DNA of 64,000 nucleotides from Octopus vulgaris (Eukaryota): NCBI GenBank assembly GCA_951406725.2, contig OX597822.1, positions 114,514,001 to 114,578,000 of the forward strand, read 5' to 3'. Shown piece by piece: positions 42,875 to 58,599 of this stretch (position 1 is its first letter; each line of letters starts with the position of its first letter). The notes under the pieces were generated by a model. It saw only the letters and a program-made list of their open reading frames with translations, ran no database searches and was not told where the DNA came from. The position numbers and the translations under genes were made by a program.

Positions 42875-43564
42875 GAATAAATCCAACTATTAGATTTATA
42901 AATCATTTTATAGTATGAATATATTATGTTATATTATATTAAATTAGAGATAAAACCACTATTGTACTATTTTATATAAAGATTGCTAACATTAACAATA
43001 CTCAGAAACAGGCTAGAATCAAAGTGCTCAAATTGAGCCAAGTTCCAATTTATAATTTGAATGGAAGAAATACGAACGGAAAACTAGAGGAACATAACCT
43101 ATTATCCAATAGAATATTCAATATGTATGTGTACTTTCTTCGACATTAATAAATCAATATAAAGTTCGAAATAATATTAGTATTAAAAACATACGAGCAT
43201 ATAAATGTTTAATATTTAAAAACCTGCAAATATTTTAAAATATATAAACCCAAAATAGATATAAAAACGTCGATATGATGTCAGATAAAAACTCGTAGGT
43301 ATTTAAAAATACTCATAAATATATATAAATACTTAAGCAAAATAGAAAAGATGAATATAAGACATATTAAATTATTAATTCACACTATAAGATACAAGAG
43401 AATAAAAATTCACAAGTTACATTGAAATATGATATTTATGTCATATTTCAACGGCCCGTCGACAAAACATTCGGATCAATTGAACATTATCTTCGTATAT
43501 TAGTATGTCCTTTTAATGTTTTAGAATTTCAAACTTTCCACTGGACTCCGTGTGGTAACTTGAC

Positions 43565-44010
43565 AGCGGAATTTGAACTCAGAACGTAAAGACAGACGAA
43601 ATACCTATTTCTTTACTGCCCACAAGGGACTAAACACAGAGGCGACAAACAAGGACAGACAAACGGATTAAATCGATTATATCGAACCAGTGCGTGACTG
43701 GTACTTAATTTATCGACCCCGAAAGGATGAAAGGCAAAGTCGACCTCGGCAGAATTTGAACTCAGAACGTGAAGACAGACGAAATACCTATTTCTTTACT
43801 ACCCACAAGGGGCTAAACATGGAGGGGACAAACACGGACAGACAAACGGACTAAGTCGATTATATCGACCCCAGTGCGTAACTGGTACTTATTTAATCGA
43901 CCCCGAAAGGATGAAAGGCAAAGTCGACCTCGGCGGAATTTGAACTCAGAACGTAGCGGCAGACGAAATACCTATTTCTTTACTGCCCACAAGGGGCTAA
44001 ACACAGAGGG
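43565..44010 (-). mobile_element. Head-to-tail SINE family B array (about 180-bp period)
   Basis: Three gaatttgaactcagaacgt / gacgaaatacctatttctttact junctions. Confidence 0.9.
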
Positions 44011-44019
44011 TATACAAAC

Positions 44020-44859
44020 TACAGCTGGAAAATATGTGGAGACTTGAAGATGATTAGAATGTTGAAGGGAATACAACTTGGGTTCACGAAATATTATTTC
44101 TTTTTATACCTGTGGGACAGTCGTGCAACTAACAAGCACTATTTGCAATCAGAGTGGCCTTTGCTAAAATCATATGAACCAGGAGTTTCTAGCTCCAGAG
44201 TAAGCCACTTTTAAACCCCCAAAATGTTCTTCTTCCCCCTCTTCACATAAAGCTTGGCCTCGTGCAACAATTCGTGAAGACACTTGTCAGGAAAAGCTCA
44301 AATGGTTTTCATTATGTGAAGGCCAAATTCCCAAAAATCACCGAGGCAAAACTGTAGGAGGGCGTATTCACCATAGGTTTGCAGATAAAAGAACTCCTGA
44401 AGGACAACCACATCCTCGCAACACTGGATGAGATTGAGCTTAAAGCCTAGGAAAACTTCAAATGGCTCTGTGAAATTTTCCTAGGCAACAAGAGATCTCT
44501 AGAGTTTAGAAATGGAGTGAAATGTCTTCTAGACGCCTACGCTGTCGGATGTCACAAAATGTCCATTTCCTTAATTCACATACTCTTTTACTCTCTCTCT
44601 CTCTCTCTTTACTCTTTTGTTTCAGTCATTTGACTGTGGCCATGCTGGAGCACCGCCTTTAGTCGAGCACATCGACCCCAGGACTTATTCTTTGTAAGCC
44701 TAGTACTTATTCTATCGGTCTCTTTTGCCGAACTGCTAAGTTACGGTGACGTAAACACACCAGCATCCGTTGTCAAGCGATGTTGGGGGACAAACACAGA
44801 CACACAAACATATACACATACATACATACATACATACATACATACATACATACATACAT

Positions 44860-44894
<35 letters not shown>

Positions 44895-45553
44895 CACACA
44901 CACACACACACATACATACATATATATATATATACGACGGGCTTCTTTCAGTTTCCCTCTATCAAATCCACTCACACGGCTTTGGTTGGCCCGAGGCTAT
45001 AGTAGAAGACACTTGCCCAAGGTGTCACGCATTGGGACTGAACCCGGAACCATGTAGCTGGTAAGCAAGCTACTTACCACACAGCCATTTGCAGTGAACC
45101 TTGGACCAGTGTCTGATAAGCAAGGGGAACGCTTTCATCAAGATATTGCATCGATGGAACAATGCTATCAAGGATTTTGGAATGCAGGAATGTTAGATGA
45201 CTACTGTTGGATGTTATATAGGGATGAATCTCAGACAAAACACCATAGAATGTCCGAATCCCAAAGATTTCAAGTTGTTATGCATTTGAGTGTATTCTAA
45301 CTTATTCGTACACAATAGTTTTAATTTTGTACAATAAAAAGCCATGAAATTATCGTATCTTGTATTCAATATACTTTATATAGACATGCTTTACGTATCC
45401 TATAAGTTAAAACATCAGGTATCATTAACATGAAAATGTGACCGGTTTGAGAAAATCGGACTTCGGATTCGTAATCAGCATCGAAAATTAACCCAGAAAA
45501 GTCAATAAGCAACTCTGATGATTAAAAGGAAAGTTTCATTTTGTTCATCAGTG
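44020..45553 (+). mobile_element. 3' part of a CMC/Chapaev3-type transposon, interrupted by a SINE
   Basis: ICGDLKMI, LPPLHIKLGLVQQFVK, HFLNSH | SINE | NLGPVSDKQGERFHQDI..DYCWML; terminus ...ttgttcatCAGTG. Confidence 0.8.
44583..45087 (-). mobile_element. SINE family A copy inserted in the Chapaev3 transposase
   Basis: Reverse complement of the 10528 element. Confidence 0.9.
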
Positions 45554-45707
45554 TAATTAGAGAGAGGTGCAATAGATTAGCATTCAGAAACAGACTACGT
45601 ACAAATTCTTTCCTCAGAACTCCTGAAGCTGTTATAGATTATGCCTAACCGAAAACGATCACAGCCACATCATCCAAACAGACCGGGTGAAACCGGACTT
45701 AACTGCT

Positions 45708-45748
<41 letters not shown>

Positions 45749-45834
45749 GTGTGTGTGTGTGTGCGTGTGTGTGTGTATATATATATGTATATATATATGT
45801 ATATATATATATATCTTTCGTATATATTTTTATT

Positions 45835-46855
<1,021 letters not shown>

Positions 46856-47054
46856 ACATATATAAATTTTGTTTCGGTCACACGTTTTCTCCTTTTGTTG
46901 TCTTTGCCAGCCATTTTACCCAGAAGGTATTTGTTGAAACAACTAATTAAATTTAAAAAGTCATACAATGAATTCATATCTTTATTTTAAAACTTATAAA
47001 ATTTCATAACTATTTTCTTTTATTATTTTGAAACAAGGGATCTTTTTCTCCTTA

Positions 47055-48880
47055 TCACTTTTCTTCTAACGTTACTTTTAAAGTTACATCTTTGATAAAA
47101 TCCTCGACTTTTGATTTTAATATTATGAAATATCTACCTTTCTTTGGACTCTCCATTAAAATTTTCTGGTTTGTCCCGGGCTTGTTCGATCGCCATTTCG
47201 TCAAATGCTCATTGCAGCGGAGTTTCTTGTAGCAAACAAACAGATCTGCTTCTCCTATACCGCTAAACGTAGCAATTTTCACGTTCTTCAATTCTGACTT
47301 TATCTTCAGTTTAAACATGATTTCTTCTTCAGGGATCGCACTTAGGTCCTCGATTTTTGAGTTCTGGTGCACTGTTCGGATGTACGAAGACAGATCACAC
47401 ACTTTTATACCAACTTTTCTAAAAACTCTCTCTACCGGTTTAGTATCATAGCCAAAATCATAAGCGGACTTCATGAAGTCGCAAGCGGCCTCAACGAAAG
47501 TAGTTGTCGGATGCCAGTAGAAACGATTGGAATGTGCCGCATCCTTTAAAACCCTTTTCGTATTCCATCCTCTCCTTCTGGCTAACAGACAGTAAAACCT
47601 GTTGAATACCCCACTGAGTAGTGTACGTCCATAAGATCATTATAGTCGCCAGCATGTATTATCGACCTCCCATCAGTTGATTGGTTACACACGTTGCGAA
47701 TTGGAATCGTAGACACGATTAAAACACGATTAAAAACTTTTCGGCTGCCTCCCCAGCCAGGTCACTGAACGATTCGTCGATACCACCCGACTACCCCTCG
47801 TATATCAAGCCCGAAAGTTCCTCCATGAAGCAATGGGTTATTTCGTGTGCAATGATATCAAGACTTACTAGCGGCCGATACTCCCTGTCGCCGTCACCGG
47901 ACGAGAAGTTTCTTCCATTGTAAAAAGCATTCACTATGTTTTGGCCATAGTGTACGCGGAGAGCCATTGGCAGCTTTTTCACCGGGGGTATCTTCACCCA
48001 TTCTTTGTACATATTGTAGACGACGTTGCCATAGAAAATAGCATTGTTTATCGGAGAAGAAGCTCCGTTCGCTTCATCCTTCGCAGTAGTGTTGCATTTT
48101 ACATTATAAACACTTTCTGCCTCGTTAGGCTGAAAGACTCTTCCTCCTTTAGATTCACCACTGTAACGATGTCGTTGCCGAAATAACAATCATCGCCCTC
48201 ACGTGTCACTTCCAAATATGGTAGTTCTTCTCCGTATCTCAATTTACCTATCAATTTGTTACCCCCGACACCTTTTATTTTGTATTTGTTTTTCGCAGTT
48301 TCTAGTGTGTTCTATTTTTTAACAAGCGTTCCATTATTCGCATCGATTAGCATGCAAAATCGATAATTTTTTCCATTAGATACGGCATAATATTGAATTC
48401 GATACACCAAGATGGCTACGTTGTCCTTCACGAAGATCGTCAACCGGAGTTTATCGTAGTCTATGCGGGCCTCTTCCATAGAAAAGTTTCCGTAGTTGGC
48501 AGCTAATAGCATCACCTCCGGCTCGTTCAAAGTTGGTACTGTAGAGCTGATGTCATCGTCAAGGTTCTGAGCCAGTTTTCCGGTCACCTGACCAGTGTAC
48601 ACATCGGTATTGGCGTCCGTCTCCACAGTGAGGCTGGCATCGAATACCGGAAGTCCTTTATAAGTTTCGCCGTACTTTTTGATGATGGTTCCTTGCTCAC
48701 TCGGTGCTGAGTCAATCGGCGTGACGTCCTCGTCTTCGGTCAGACCGAATAGGTCACGTGTGGTGATCATGTGACTTGGTTGTCGCTTCATTGTCTCGCA
48801 CAAGGTATCCACATTGGACAGGAACACATCCCTGGCCTGTCGCCATTTTGCTGACGTCACAACGTGGCTCACCAGGAACC
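47055..48880 (-). pseudogene. Exon 2 of an M4 (vibriolysin/pseudolysin-like) zinc metalloprotease pseudogene: FTP, PepSY, Peptidase_M4, M4_C and PPC domains
   Basis: ETYKGLPVF (FTP), LIDANNGTLV (PepSY), GVGGNKLIG, NGASSPINNAIFYG, VHYGQNIVNAFYNG, HEITH at 47847-47833, GGIDESFSDLAGEAAE, DGRSI..DVHYS.GVFNR, PPC-like GEADLFV; stops at 48314-48312 and 47793-47791; frameshifts near 48130, 47730 and 47612; acceptor tttctag at 48887-48881. Confidence 0.93.
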
Positions 48881-48888
48881 CTAGAAAG

Positions 48889-49013
<125 letters not shown>

Positions 49014-49091
49014 CAACAACAACAATAATAATAATAATAATAATAGCCTAATAATACAAGTGAATAATAATAATAATAAAATAATAATAAA

Positions 49092-50120
<1,029 letters not shown>

Positions 50121-50131
50121 CAATGATATCA

Positions 50132-50295
50132 GGCGCAGGAGTGGCTGTGTGGTAAGTAGCTTGCTAACCAACCACATGGTTCCGGGTTCAGTCCCACTGC
50201 GTGGTATCTTGGGCAAGTTTCTTCTGCTATAGCCCCGGGCCGACCAATGCCTTGTGAGTAGATTTGGTAGGCTGAAAGAAGCCTGTCGTATATAT

Positions 50296-50331
<36 letters not shown>

Positions 50332-50545
50332 ATGTGTTTGTCTCCCTAGCATTGCTTGACAACCGATGCTGGTGTGTTTACGTCCCCGTTACTTAGCGGT
50401 TCGGCAAAAGAGACCGATAGAATAAGTACTGGGCTTACAAAAGAATAAGTTCCGGGGTCGAGTTGCTGGACTAAAGCCGGTGCTCCAGCATGGCTGCAGT
50501 CAAATGACTGAAACAAGTAAAAGAGAGAAAAGAGAAAGAGAGAGT
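50132..50545 (+). mobile_element. SINE family A copy
   Basis: Near-identical to the 10528 element. Confidence 0.9.
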
Positions 50546-50548
50546 ATG

Positions 50549-50612
<64 letters not shown>

Positions 50613-51226
50613 TAATAATAATAATAATAATAATATTAATTAATTCGTTTATTGGCCACAAGGGCTAACAAAAATCAAATGAAACATGTAAAGACAAAAT
50701 ACAGGATGAAAGTTACAAAAAGGGTTTTATCCGTTTGAAAGGTCCCGTGGTAAAAATGCAAGTTAACAACGAAAAATATAACAAATAAAACTCCCTATAG
50801 GGAGGGGCGCTTCGAAAGGTTACTCGTGGAAAAACCCATAAAAACCGCGGAAGCCTGGTCAAAAAGGGGCTAGAGAGCCCTTTTTTTACTTTTATATTAC
50901 CTTTTTTGTTACAGGTGTAACCTCAGAATTGGTCCGTTCATACTGGCCATTCTTCCTATAATAATAATAAGTGTTAACTACAAACGTAAACAGACTGTAT
51001 ATGAAAAGAAAGAATGGTGATGCAGGGCTGAGAACAGTGTATAAGGAGTGAAAGGAGAACGCTTGCCGAGTATTTGATAAATAGGGACGAAGATCTGCTG
51101 CAATATACCGGGACCCATATTATAATTGATGATTGTAAATGCTATAGGAAGAACGATGGTGGTAATAATAATCATTGTGGTTATGGAGGTGACGCAATGT
51201 AAACACGTTATTTAGATACATGAAAG

Positions 51227-51670
51227 AGCGGCCAGCTGGCAGAAACGTTAGCACGTCGGGCGAAATGCTTAGCCGTATTTCGTTTGCCGTTACGTTCTGA
51301 GTTCAAATTCCGCCGAGGTCGACTTTGCCTTTCATCCTTTCGGGGTCGATAAATCAAGTACCAGTTACGCACTAGGGTTGATGTAATCGACTTAATCCGT
51401 TTGTCTGTCCTTGTTTGTTCTCTCTGTGTTTAGCCCCTTGTGGGTAGTAAAGAAATAGGTATTTTGTTTGCCGTTACGTTCTGTGTTCAAATTCCGCCGA
51501 GGTCGACTTTGCCTTTCATCCTTTCGGGGTCGATAAATCAAGTACCAATTACACACTTGAGTGGATATAATCGACATAATCCGTTTGTCTGTCCTTGTTT
51601 GTCCTCTCCGTATTCCGTTGGTCGACTTTGCCTTTAATCCTTTCAGGGTCGATAAATTAAGTACCAGTTA
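51227..51670 (+). mobile_element. SINE family B, full head plus tandem partial copies
   Basis: gcggccagctggcagaaacgttagc (A box) ... gagttcaaattcc (B box) ... shared core and tail. Confidence 0.9.
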
Positions 51671-52032
51671 TATCTACGTGAATGTTTGTATGAGCTCGCG
51701 TACGTGCGCCATACAACCCACACAGAGGCTTTCATATATCTGCATCTGTTAACGGTAATATTTAATACTTTTTGCGCTCGATTTTGTGTCCGTTTCTTTC
51801 CGCATCTGATATTTGTTATTGAATTTCTATAAAAATGAAGCCCTTTTCTTGCGGAACAGTACTTAACAAGATACATTTTGTAACCATCTAAGGAGACACA
51901 TCTACACGGACAAATGTACCTAAACCAGTTGTGCAGTATCTCACCAATGAGGGATCGATGCTAGATAAGTCCAAACAATAGTAGAAATCAATAAACCTTC
52001 TCGCTCCTTCCATCTCCCGTCTCTCATATCAA

Positions 52033-52078
<46 letters not shown>

Positions 52079-52879
52079 TATGTTTGTCTGTATGTACCAG
52101 TGCGTATGTATATATATATAAATTATAAATTAGAGATAAAAACCACTATTATGCAATTCAAAAAGTGATAGACATAAATCAAAATATGAATATCAAATAA
52201 TATATATTTTTATAAAACATTTAACTAGATCTCAAAAAGTATAAAAATGAATGATTGATATATATTAAGTAAAAAAAACTAAGTACGTTTCATGGGTACA
52301 CTTAAATTCTAATTACAATTAAATTTAAATTTAATTGAAATGAATTCAATTTAAAATTATAGTCATCAATCTTCAGGTTAACAATAATAGTTAAATAAAT
52401 AAGCAAATAGAGTTAAACAATACTTATTTAAAAATAAATAAAATAATTTTTTTTTTATTATAGAAGAAAGTCCATTAACTAAATTTGAAACTTAAAACAT
52501 TAGGATTATTTCCTACAACACATTTATTATGTTAAATATTTAATATTTATGCTAAAAAAGAAGAGTAAATAGATAGAAATATGTATTTATCTGTGAAGAT
52601 ATAATTTAGCTTAAAAAAACACTTTAGTAAATTATAGAATATCTTCAACTCAGTTATACTCCAATATTTAATTACCAAATTATTTAACAAAGTAATCACT
52701 ATTGATATTTTCAGATTTTAATTCGCATATAATAATTATAAAATAATAGACCGCCGTCTAATGACTGGAACACGTAAAAGACAAACACAATAATTTGCAT
52801 TTTAAAAAGTCACTCTTTCTCTCCCTCATTGTCTCTCTCTCTCTCTCTGTATATCTATCTATCTATCTCTATCTATCTA

Positions 52880-53195
52880 TCTTTTTTTATGCGCCCTTTT
52901 CAAGCATGACCAGGCTCATGGGCCCGGTTTCCCGGTTTCTCTGGCATATGTGTTCCCCCCAGCTGGACGAGACGCCAGTCCATCTCTGCGTTACTCAAGA
53001 AACAGGAAGAGAGAGTGAGAGAGAGAGTCGTGGTGAAAGAGTACAGCAGGGCTCGCCACCACCCCTTGCCGGAGCATCGTGGAGCTTTAGGTGTTTTCGC
53101 TCAATAAATACACACAACGCCCGCTCTGGGAATCGAAACCGCGATCCTCCGACTACGAGTCCGTTGCCCTAAACACTGGGCCATTGCGCCTCCAA
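52880..53195 (-). mobile_element. SINE family C copy
   Basis: Minus-strand head ggcgcaatggcccagtgtttagggca..ggtttcgattccc; shares segments with 38205-38492. Confidence 0.75.
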
Positions 53196-53326
53196 TCTAT
53201 CTATCTACGCATTTGAAAATATAGACACATACATAATTACATCCAAGCGCATGCACAAACTTATGCATACACAGAGACACACATACAAACACAGATGCAC
53301 AACTAGAAAATGCGTGTTTTACTCAC

Positions 53327-53375
53327 CGAGTAATAAAAGAAAAAGGAAGGGAATCCCAGCGATACAGGCAGCCAT
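53327..53375 (-). CDS. Exon 1 (signal peptide, MAACIAGIPFLFLLLL-G) of the M4 protease gene
   Basis: ATG at 53375; 16 codons + 1 nt then G|gtgagt; the phase-1 join to 48880 gives MAACIAGIPFLFLLLLGFLVSHVVTSA-KWRQ. Confidence 0.85.
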
Positions 53376-53543
53376 TATCTTTCTCTCCCTCTCTGTCACA
53401 CTGGTCAGTCAGAAGTGGAAAACAGCAGCAACTGGTCAAGTACAGCCACTACGGAGATGAAATAGTGGACTTTCAAACTGGAGACAGCTATAATAGTAAC
53501 CATAGACAAACATCCGAGGCAGCCGAATTTTTAGGTGGTGATC

Positions 53544-53551
53544 CTTATATG
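53544..53551 (-). promoter_or_regulatory. Candidate TATA box of the M4 gene
   Basis: CATATAAG on the minus strand about 170 nt upstream of the ATG, in unique sequence. Confidence 0.3.
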
Positions 53552-53963
53552 CAGTTGGGGGCAGGGCCACACAATGAGGCCTTTCAGTCTGTTAGGGAGA
53601 GAAAGAGCTAGAGATGACACTCTTGCTGTGAGAGTGAGAGTGGACACTCACACTCGTGTTGTGAGGCCCTTGATCAAAGTGTGTGCTTGATATGAGTGGA
53701 GAGGTTTACTGATGGACGAAAACAAACGACGATATCGCTCTCTGCCTGTCCCAACTGGCGTTCTCTACCGCATACTTCCTCCCCCCCACCTCCCTACTTC
53801 CATCTACGCTGTCTGTGTGTCGTCGAGCAATCATCTCGTTTCGCCTCGTTAATTAAGTATTATTTAAAATTAAACAAACATTTTCTTCACAAACAAACTA
53901 TTCGTCCCATGTTCTAGAACACGCATAACACACACACAAACACACACAAACACACATACACAA

Positions 53964-54014
<51 letters not shown>

Positions 54015-54109
54015 CACACAACACACACACACATACACAAACATACACACACACGCACAGAAACACACATGCACATATGTATATGATCATGCACGCTGCA
54101 TAGTATATA

Positions 54110-54141
<32 letters not shown>

Positions 54142-54439
54142 AGCAATAATAATTCTATGAACGAAGTATAAAAGAAAAAGGATATATATTTGCAAAGGAA
54201 GGCGTACATTTCATCGACAACTCAAGATTGTCACACGCTGATGACAGGTCAATACTCAGAAACTCGAGTCCGTGTGTATCATTGGTTGAAGACAGGAAGG
54301 ATGACTTCCCTTCGCAAATACTGATAGAGCACAGAAAGTGTGTCAAGAGCCAGCTGGAGGAGGTGTTCTCCGGGGCTACAAGCTACAGTAGCATCCACCC
54401 TTACGGGTTATCCACATTTAAGTGGCAAAAATACTTCAC

Positions 54440-54503
<64 letters not shown>

Positions 54504-54713
54504 TGCGTCTGTGTATGTCCCCCTAGCATTGCTTGACAACCGATGCTGGTGTGTTTACGTCGCCGTCACTTAGCGGTTCGGCAAAAGAGACCGATAGGAT
54601 AAGTACTAGGCTTCCAAAGAATAAGTCCTAGGGTCGATTTGCTCGACTAAAGGCGGTGCTCAGCAGTCAAATGACTGAAACAAGTAAAAGAGTAAAGAGT
54701 ATGTATGTGTGTA

Positions 54714-54804
<91 letters not shown>

Positions 54805-54899
54805 CCTGGGTAAAATGTTTAGAAACATTTCCATATCGGTATCCAGCATGCGTAATAAAGTCAATAGACGACATATATGGAAATATAGATATATGTATT

Positions 54900-55061
54900 G
54901 GCGCAGGAGTGGCTGTGTGGTAAGAAGCTTGTTTACCGAGCACATAGCTCCGGGTTCAGTCCCACTGCGTGGCACCTTCGGCAGGTGTCTTCTACTATAG
55001 CCTCGGGCCGACCAAAGCCTTGTGAGTGGATTTGGTAGACGGAAACAGAAAGAAGCCCGTC

Positions 55062-55119
<58 letters not shown>

Positions 55120-55330
55120 GTGTGCGTGTGTATGTTTGTCCTTTCAACATCGCTTGACAACCGCTGTTGGTGTGCTTACGTCCCCGTAATCGAGCGGTTC
55201 GGCTAAAGAAACCAATGGAATAAGTACTAGGCTTACAAACAGTAAGTCCTGGGGTCGATTTGTTCGATTAAAGGCGATGTTCCAGTATGGCCGAGGTCAA
55301 AAGCCCCAAACAAGTAAAAGAATAAAAGAA
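54900..55330 (+). mobile_element. SINE family A copy (a further 3' half lies at about 54500-54700)
   Basis: Same head, core and tail as the 10528 element. Confidence 0.88.
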
Positions 55331-55355
55331 TACACACACACACACACACACATAC

Positions 55356-55443
<88 letters not shown>

Positions 55444-55445
<2 letters not shown>

Positions 55446-56149
55446 AACTTACTTGGAAATGCATGCGTGGCGTTCAATGAAATAATAATATAAATAATAC
55501 ATATATATATATATATATGCATATAAAGACACACTTATGTACATAATACATACGTATATATCTAAATATGCATATATCGGTATAGAACGCCACAAACAAG
55601 TAAACAAACATGAAATGCGAGAATAACTTTGGGTACGCAAAAAACGAGAGAATCAAATGGAAAACAAAATAAGTAACACAAAAAACGACCCTTCATCAGT
55701 TGTTGGCTGTTCTACTACTCCTTATTTCGAGCATTCAAACAACACGTTAAGACTTTGAAGGCAGTTGCTCCCGCAAACCGAAATATAAAAACTGGGATTT
55801 GCTGAGGGTCAAAGTTGGTAACAAAAACAGGACATACAACAAACGAAAGAAAACGAAACGAACACAAACAGGTGAGGTAAAAATGGCGAACGCTTGAAGA
55901 AGTTTCTTTGATAAGAAGAAAGAGAGAAGACAGGTACAAATGGGTCCGAACTGCGCAAGAGATTGAGAGAAAAGAAGGAAGATCGTGTGAGGAAAGGAAG
56001 GATAGACGATTATCACGTGTGAGCAACGAGAGAGTAAATCTCTCGTTTTTTGCGTACCCAACGTCAATTTCGTATTTAATGTTTGTTTACATTTTTGTGA
56101 CGTCCTGTATCGATATGTGCTTATCTATATACGTATGTGTGTATATATA

Positions 56150-56188
<39 letters not shown>

Positions 56189-56261
56189 TTATATATATAT
56201 GTATAAAATTTATATTATTATTCGATTAAACGCCACGCATCCATTTCCAAGTAAGTTTTTA
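55444..56261. mobile_element. Element with diverged inverted arms of about 210 bp
   Basis: aaaacttacttggaaatg..gcgtggcgtt versus aacgccacgcatccatttccaagtaagtttt; gggtacgcaaaaaacgagaga versus tctctcgttttttgcgtaccc. Confidence 0.75.
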
Positions 56262-56308
56262 CTTAATATAATCGATGTGATTCTATCCTTTACTGATTCC
56301 TCTCTTCC

Positions 56309-56351
<43 letters not shown>

Positions 56352-56936
56352 GTTTCTTCTTTCTCCTCATCACCGTTTTCTATCTGTCTGCGCCTCTCTC
56401 TCTCTCTCTTCCTCCTTTACTCTCTCTCGTTGCTCACACGTGACTAGATATTCATTTCATGTGCTGTTCATTCATGCTTGTAGTGTGGATGAAATTTTGA
56501 GAATATACTGGTAGGGGGAAGTAGATAGAGAGAAGAGAATCGAGAAGAATCTAAGAAGGAAGGAAAATGGCATTGGTCTAAAGGATTAGGGGAAAAAAAG
56601 AAAAGGGAAGGAGAAAAGGGAAAACAGAGTGCTAGATTATTTACATTGTTTACATTATTTACATTTGACGGACATTTGTCATCTTGTCCGTTGTTAACAC
56701 AGCGTTTCAGCTGATACACCCTCCAGCTTTCATCATATGGCGTAGTGGTTAAGAGCGCTGGGTACTAATCCGAAGATCCCGAGTTCAATTCCAGGCAATG
56801 ACCTGAATAATAATAATAATCATGATAATAATAATAATAATAATAATCTATAGACCACCTAATAATGTATTAGGTGGTATATAGATTGAAACTATAGAGC
56901 ACCTAAACTTAGGGTGTATATTATATTATATTATAT

Positions 56937-56982
<46 letters not shown>

Positions 56983-57398
56983 CACATATATAAAAAATAC
57001 ACAAACACGGACATGCAAGCACATGAATATGCAGAATACATACATACAGATGAACACATATACATGCATAAAGACATATGTATACACACACATCTACACA
57101 TACACAAACATGCATACATACATACATACATACATACATACATACATACATACATACATACATACATACATACATGCATATATAGGCACACACGCACACT
57201 GACCCACACACATGCGCACAAACAAACAAAAAGAAACGCAGTGTACAAAACTATTGAAAAGGTTGCAAGACGTAACGAAAATTTGAGGAAAATAAAAATA
57301 AGGAATAAGTGGAAATTTTACCGGTGAGTGTGTTATATTATAAGGCACAAAAACAAAACGACCCTCCCCAGACATAACAGACTATGCATCTATGTATG

Positions 57399-57470
<72 letters not shown>

Positions 57471-57698
57471 CTGCCCCCTCGTTATGGAATATGGCCATTG
57501 CACGAAGCTTAACTGTTACTGGTGCTGTGATCGAATGCGTTTTTTAGCCCAGCTAAAGATCTACAATGTCTTGTACAGAATTGGCAACTAAAAGCTTTAC
57601 TGGTAATAGCCGGTTGTAGTTGTAACTGGGCTTCATGTACCTTTGCATGTTGTTTAAGTCCTCCTGCCGAATTACACTCTCTTCCACATGCCCGATCG

Positions 57699-57961
57699 CG
57701 CGGTTAAACCATTGGGAGTGAAGGACTCCTAGCCTTTGTTAGGGCATCCTTCTAGGAGAAGGTAACTCAGGTAACTGGGATAACTCCGACATAAAACCTG
57801 CGGCTCAGTGGTTACTGGTGATGTCGACTTGTTCTTCTTTTCGGATTATGGCTGCTGTTGCTTAGTGAGTGGGATTGACTCAGTGCACAACCTTTCCTCA
57901 CTTAAAAAAAATCTTCTTGCGCATAATGTTGCATGATAACAACATTAATTGATTGATTGGT

Positions 57962-57963
<2 letters not shown>
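57699..57963 (+). repeat. Dispersed retroposon-like repeat with (TTGA)n tail; second copy at 62753-63021
   Basis: About 265 bp of high similarity starting cgcggttaaaccattgggagtgaagga. Confidence 0.85.
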
Positions 57964-58015
<52 letters not shown>

Positions 58016-58017
58016 TG

Positions 58018-58111
<94 letters not shown>

Positions 58112-58599
58112 AATATATTCGTCGCTTTGAGACCGCGATCTGATCACTGCACGGAATTCTATCAGTGAACAGGTCGCGGTCTGAAAGAGACGAAAATATT
58201 TTGGCAAATTAAATTTAAATGTTGAAGTGAATCTAACGGTTTTTGTGTGTTTTTAAATAGCTTATAAACACCTTCCACGCTGCAATTGTTTTCGTTTCAG
58301 CACACGATCTCAGATCAGGTGTTTTGGTATTCGTAACTTTTGGTAAATAGAGAATTCACTTTCCGACACATCAGAAACGTAGTCAAAAATTAAACTTTCT
58401 ATTTTCCTTCCTTCTCGCTCAGTCGATGATTCATCATCCGACGAAGACACACTTTTCGGCATCTTGCCGGCAATTAATGTTTTCCCCCACAGGGGAAAAC
58501 CACAGATAACATTCGAAAGAAAACTATAATACAATTTTTTCAACAATAAATCCAACAATAGGCACAAGCACACTCCAATAATAAATTTTCGATACCAGA

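Noticed and set aside
47055-48880. Bacterial contaminant contig as the source of the M4 sequence
   Set aside because: Phase-matched GT-AG intron, multiple disablements, a poly(A) signal and host repeats on both sides; no neighbouring bacterial genes
55690-55735. Hammerhead from a minus-strand CTGATGA
   Set aside because: No compatible stems and GAAA arrangement found
56738-56800. tRNA gene
   Set aside because: A and B boxes are present, but there is no convincing acceptor stem and it runs into (AAT)n; this is a SINE head or pseudo-tRNA
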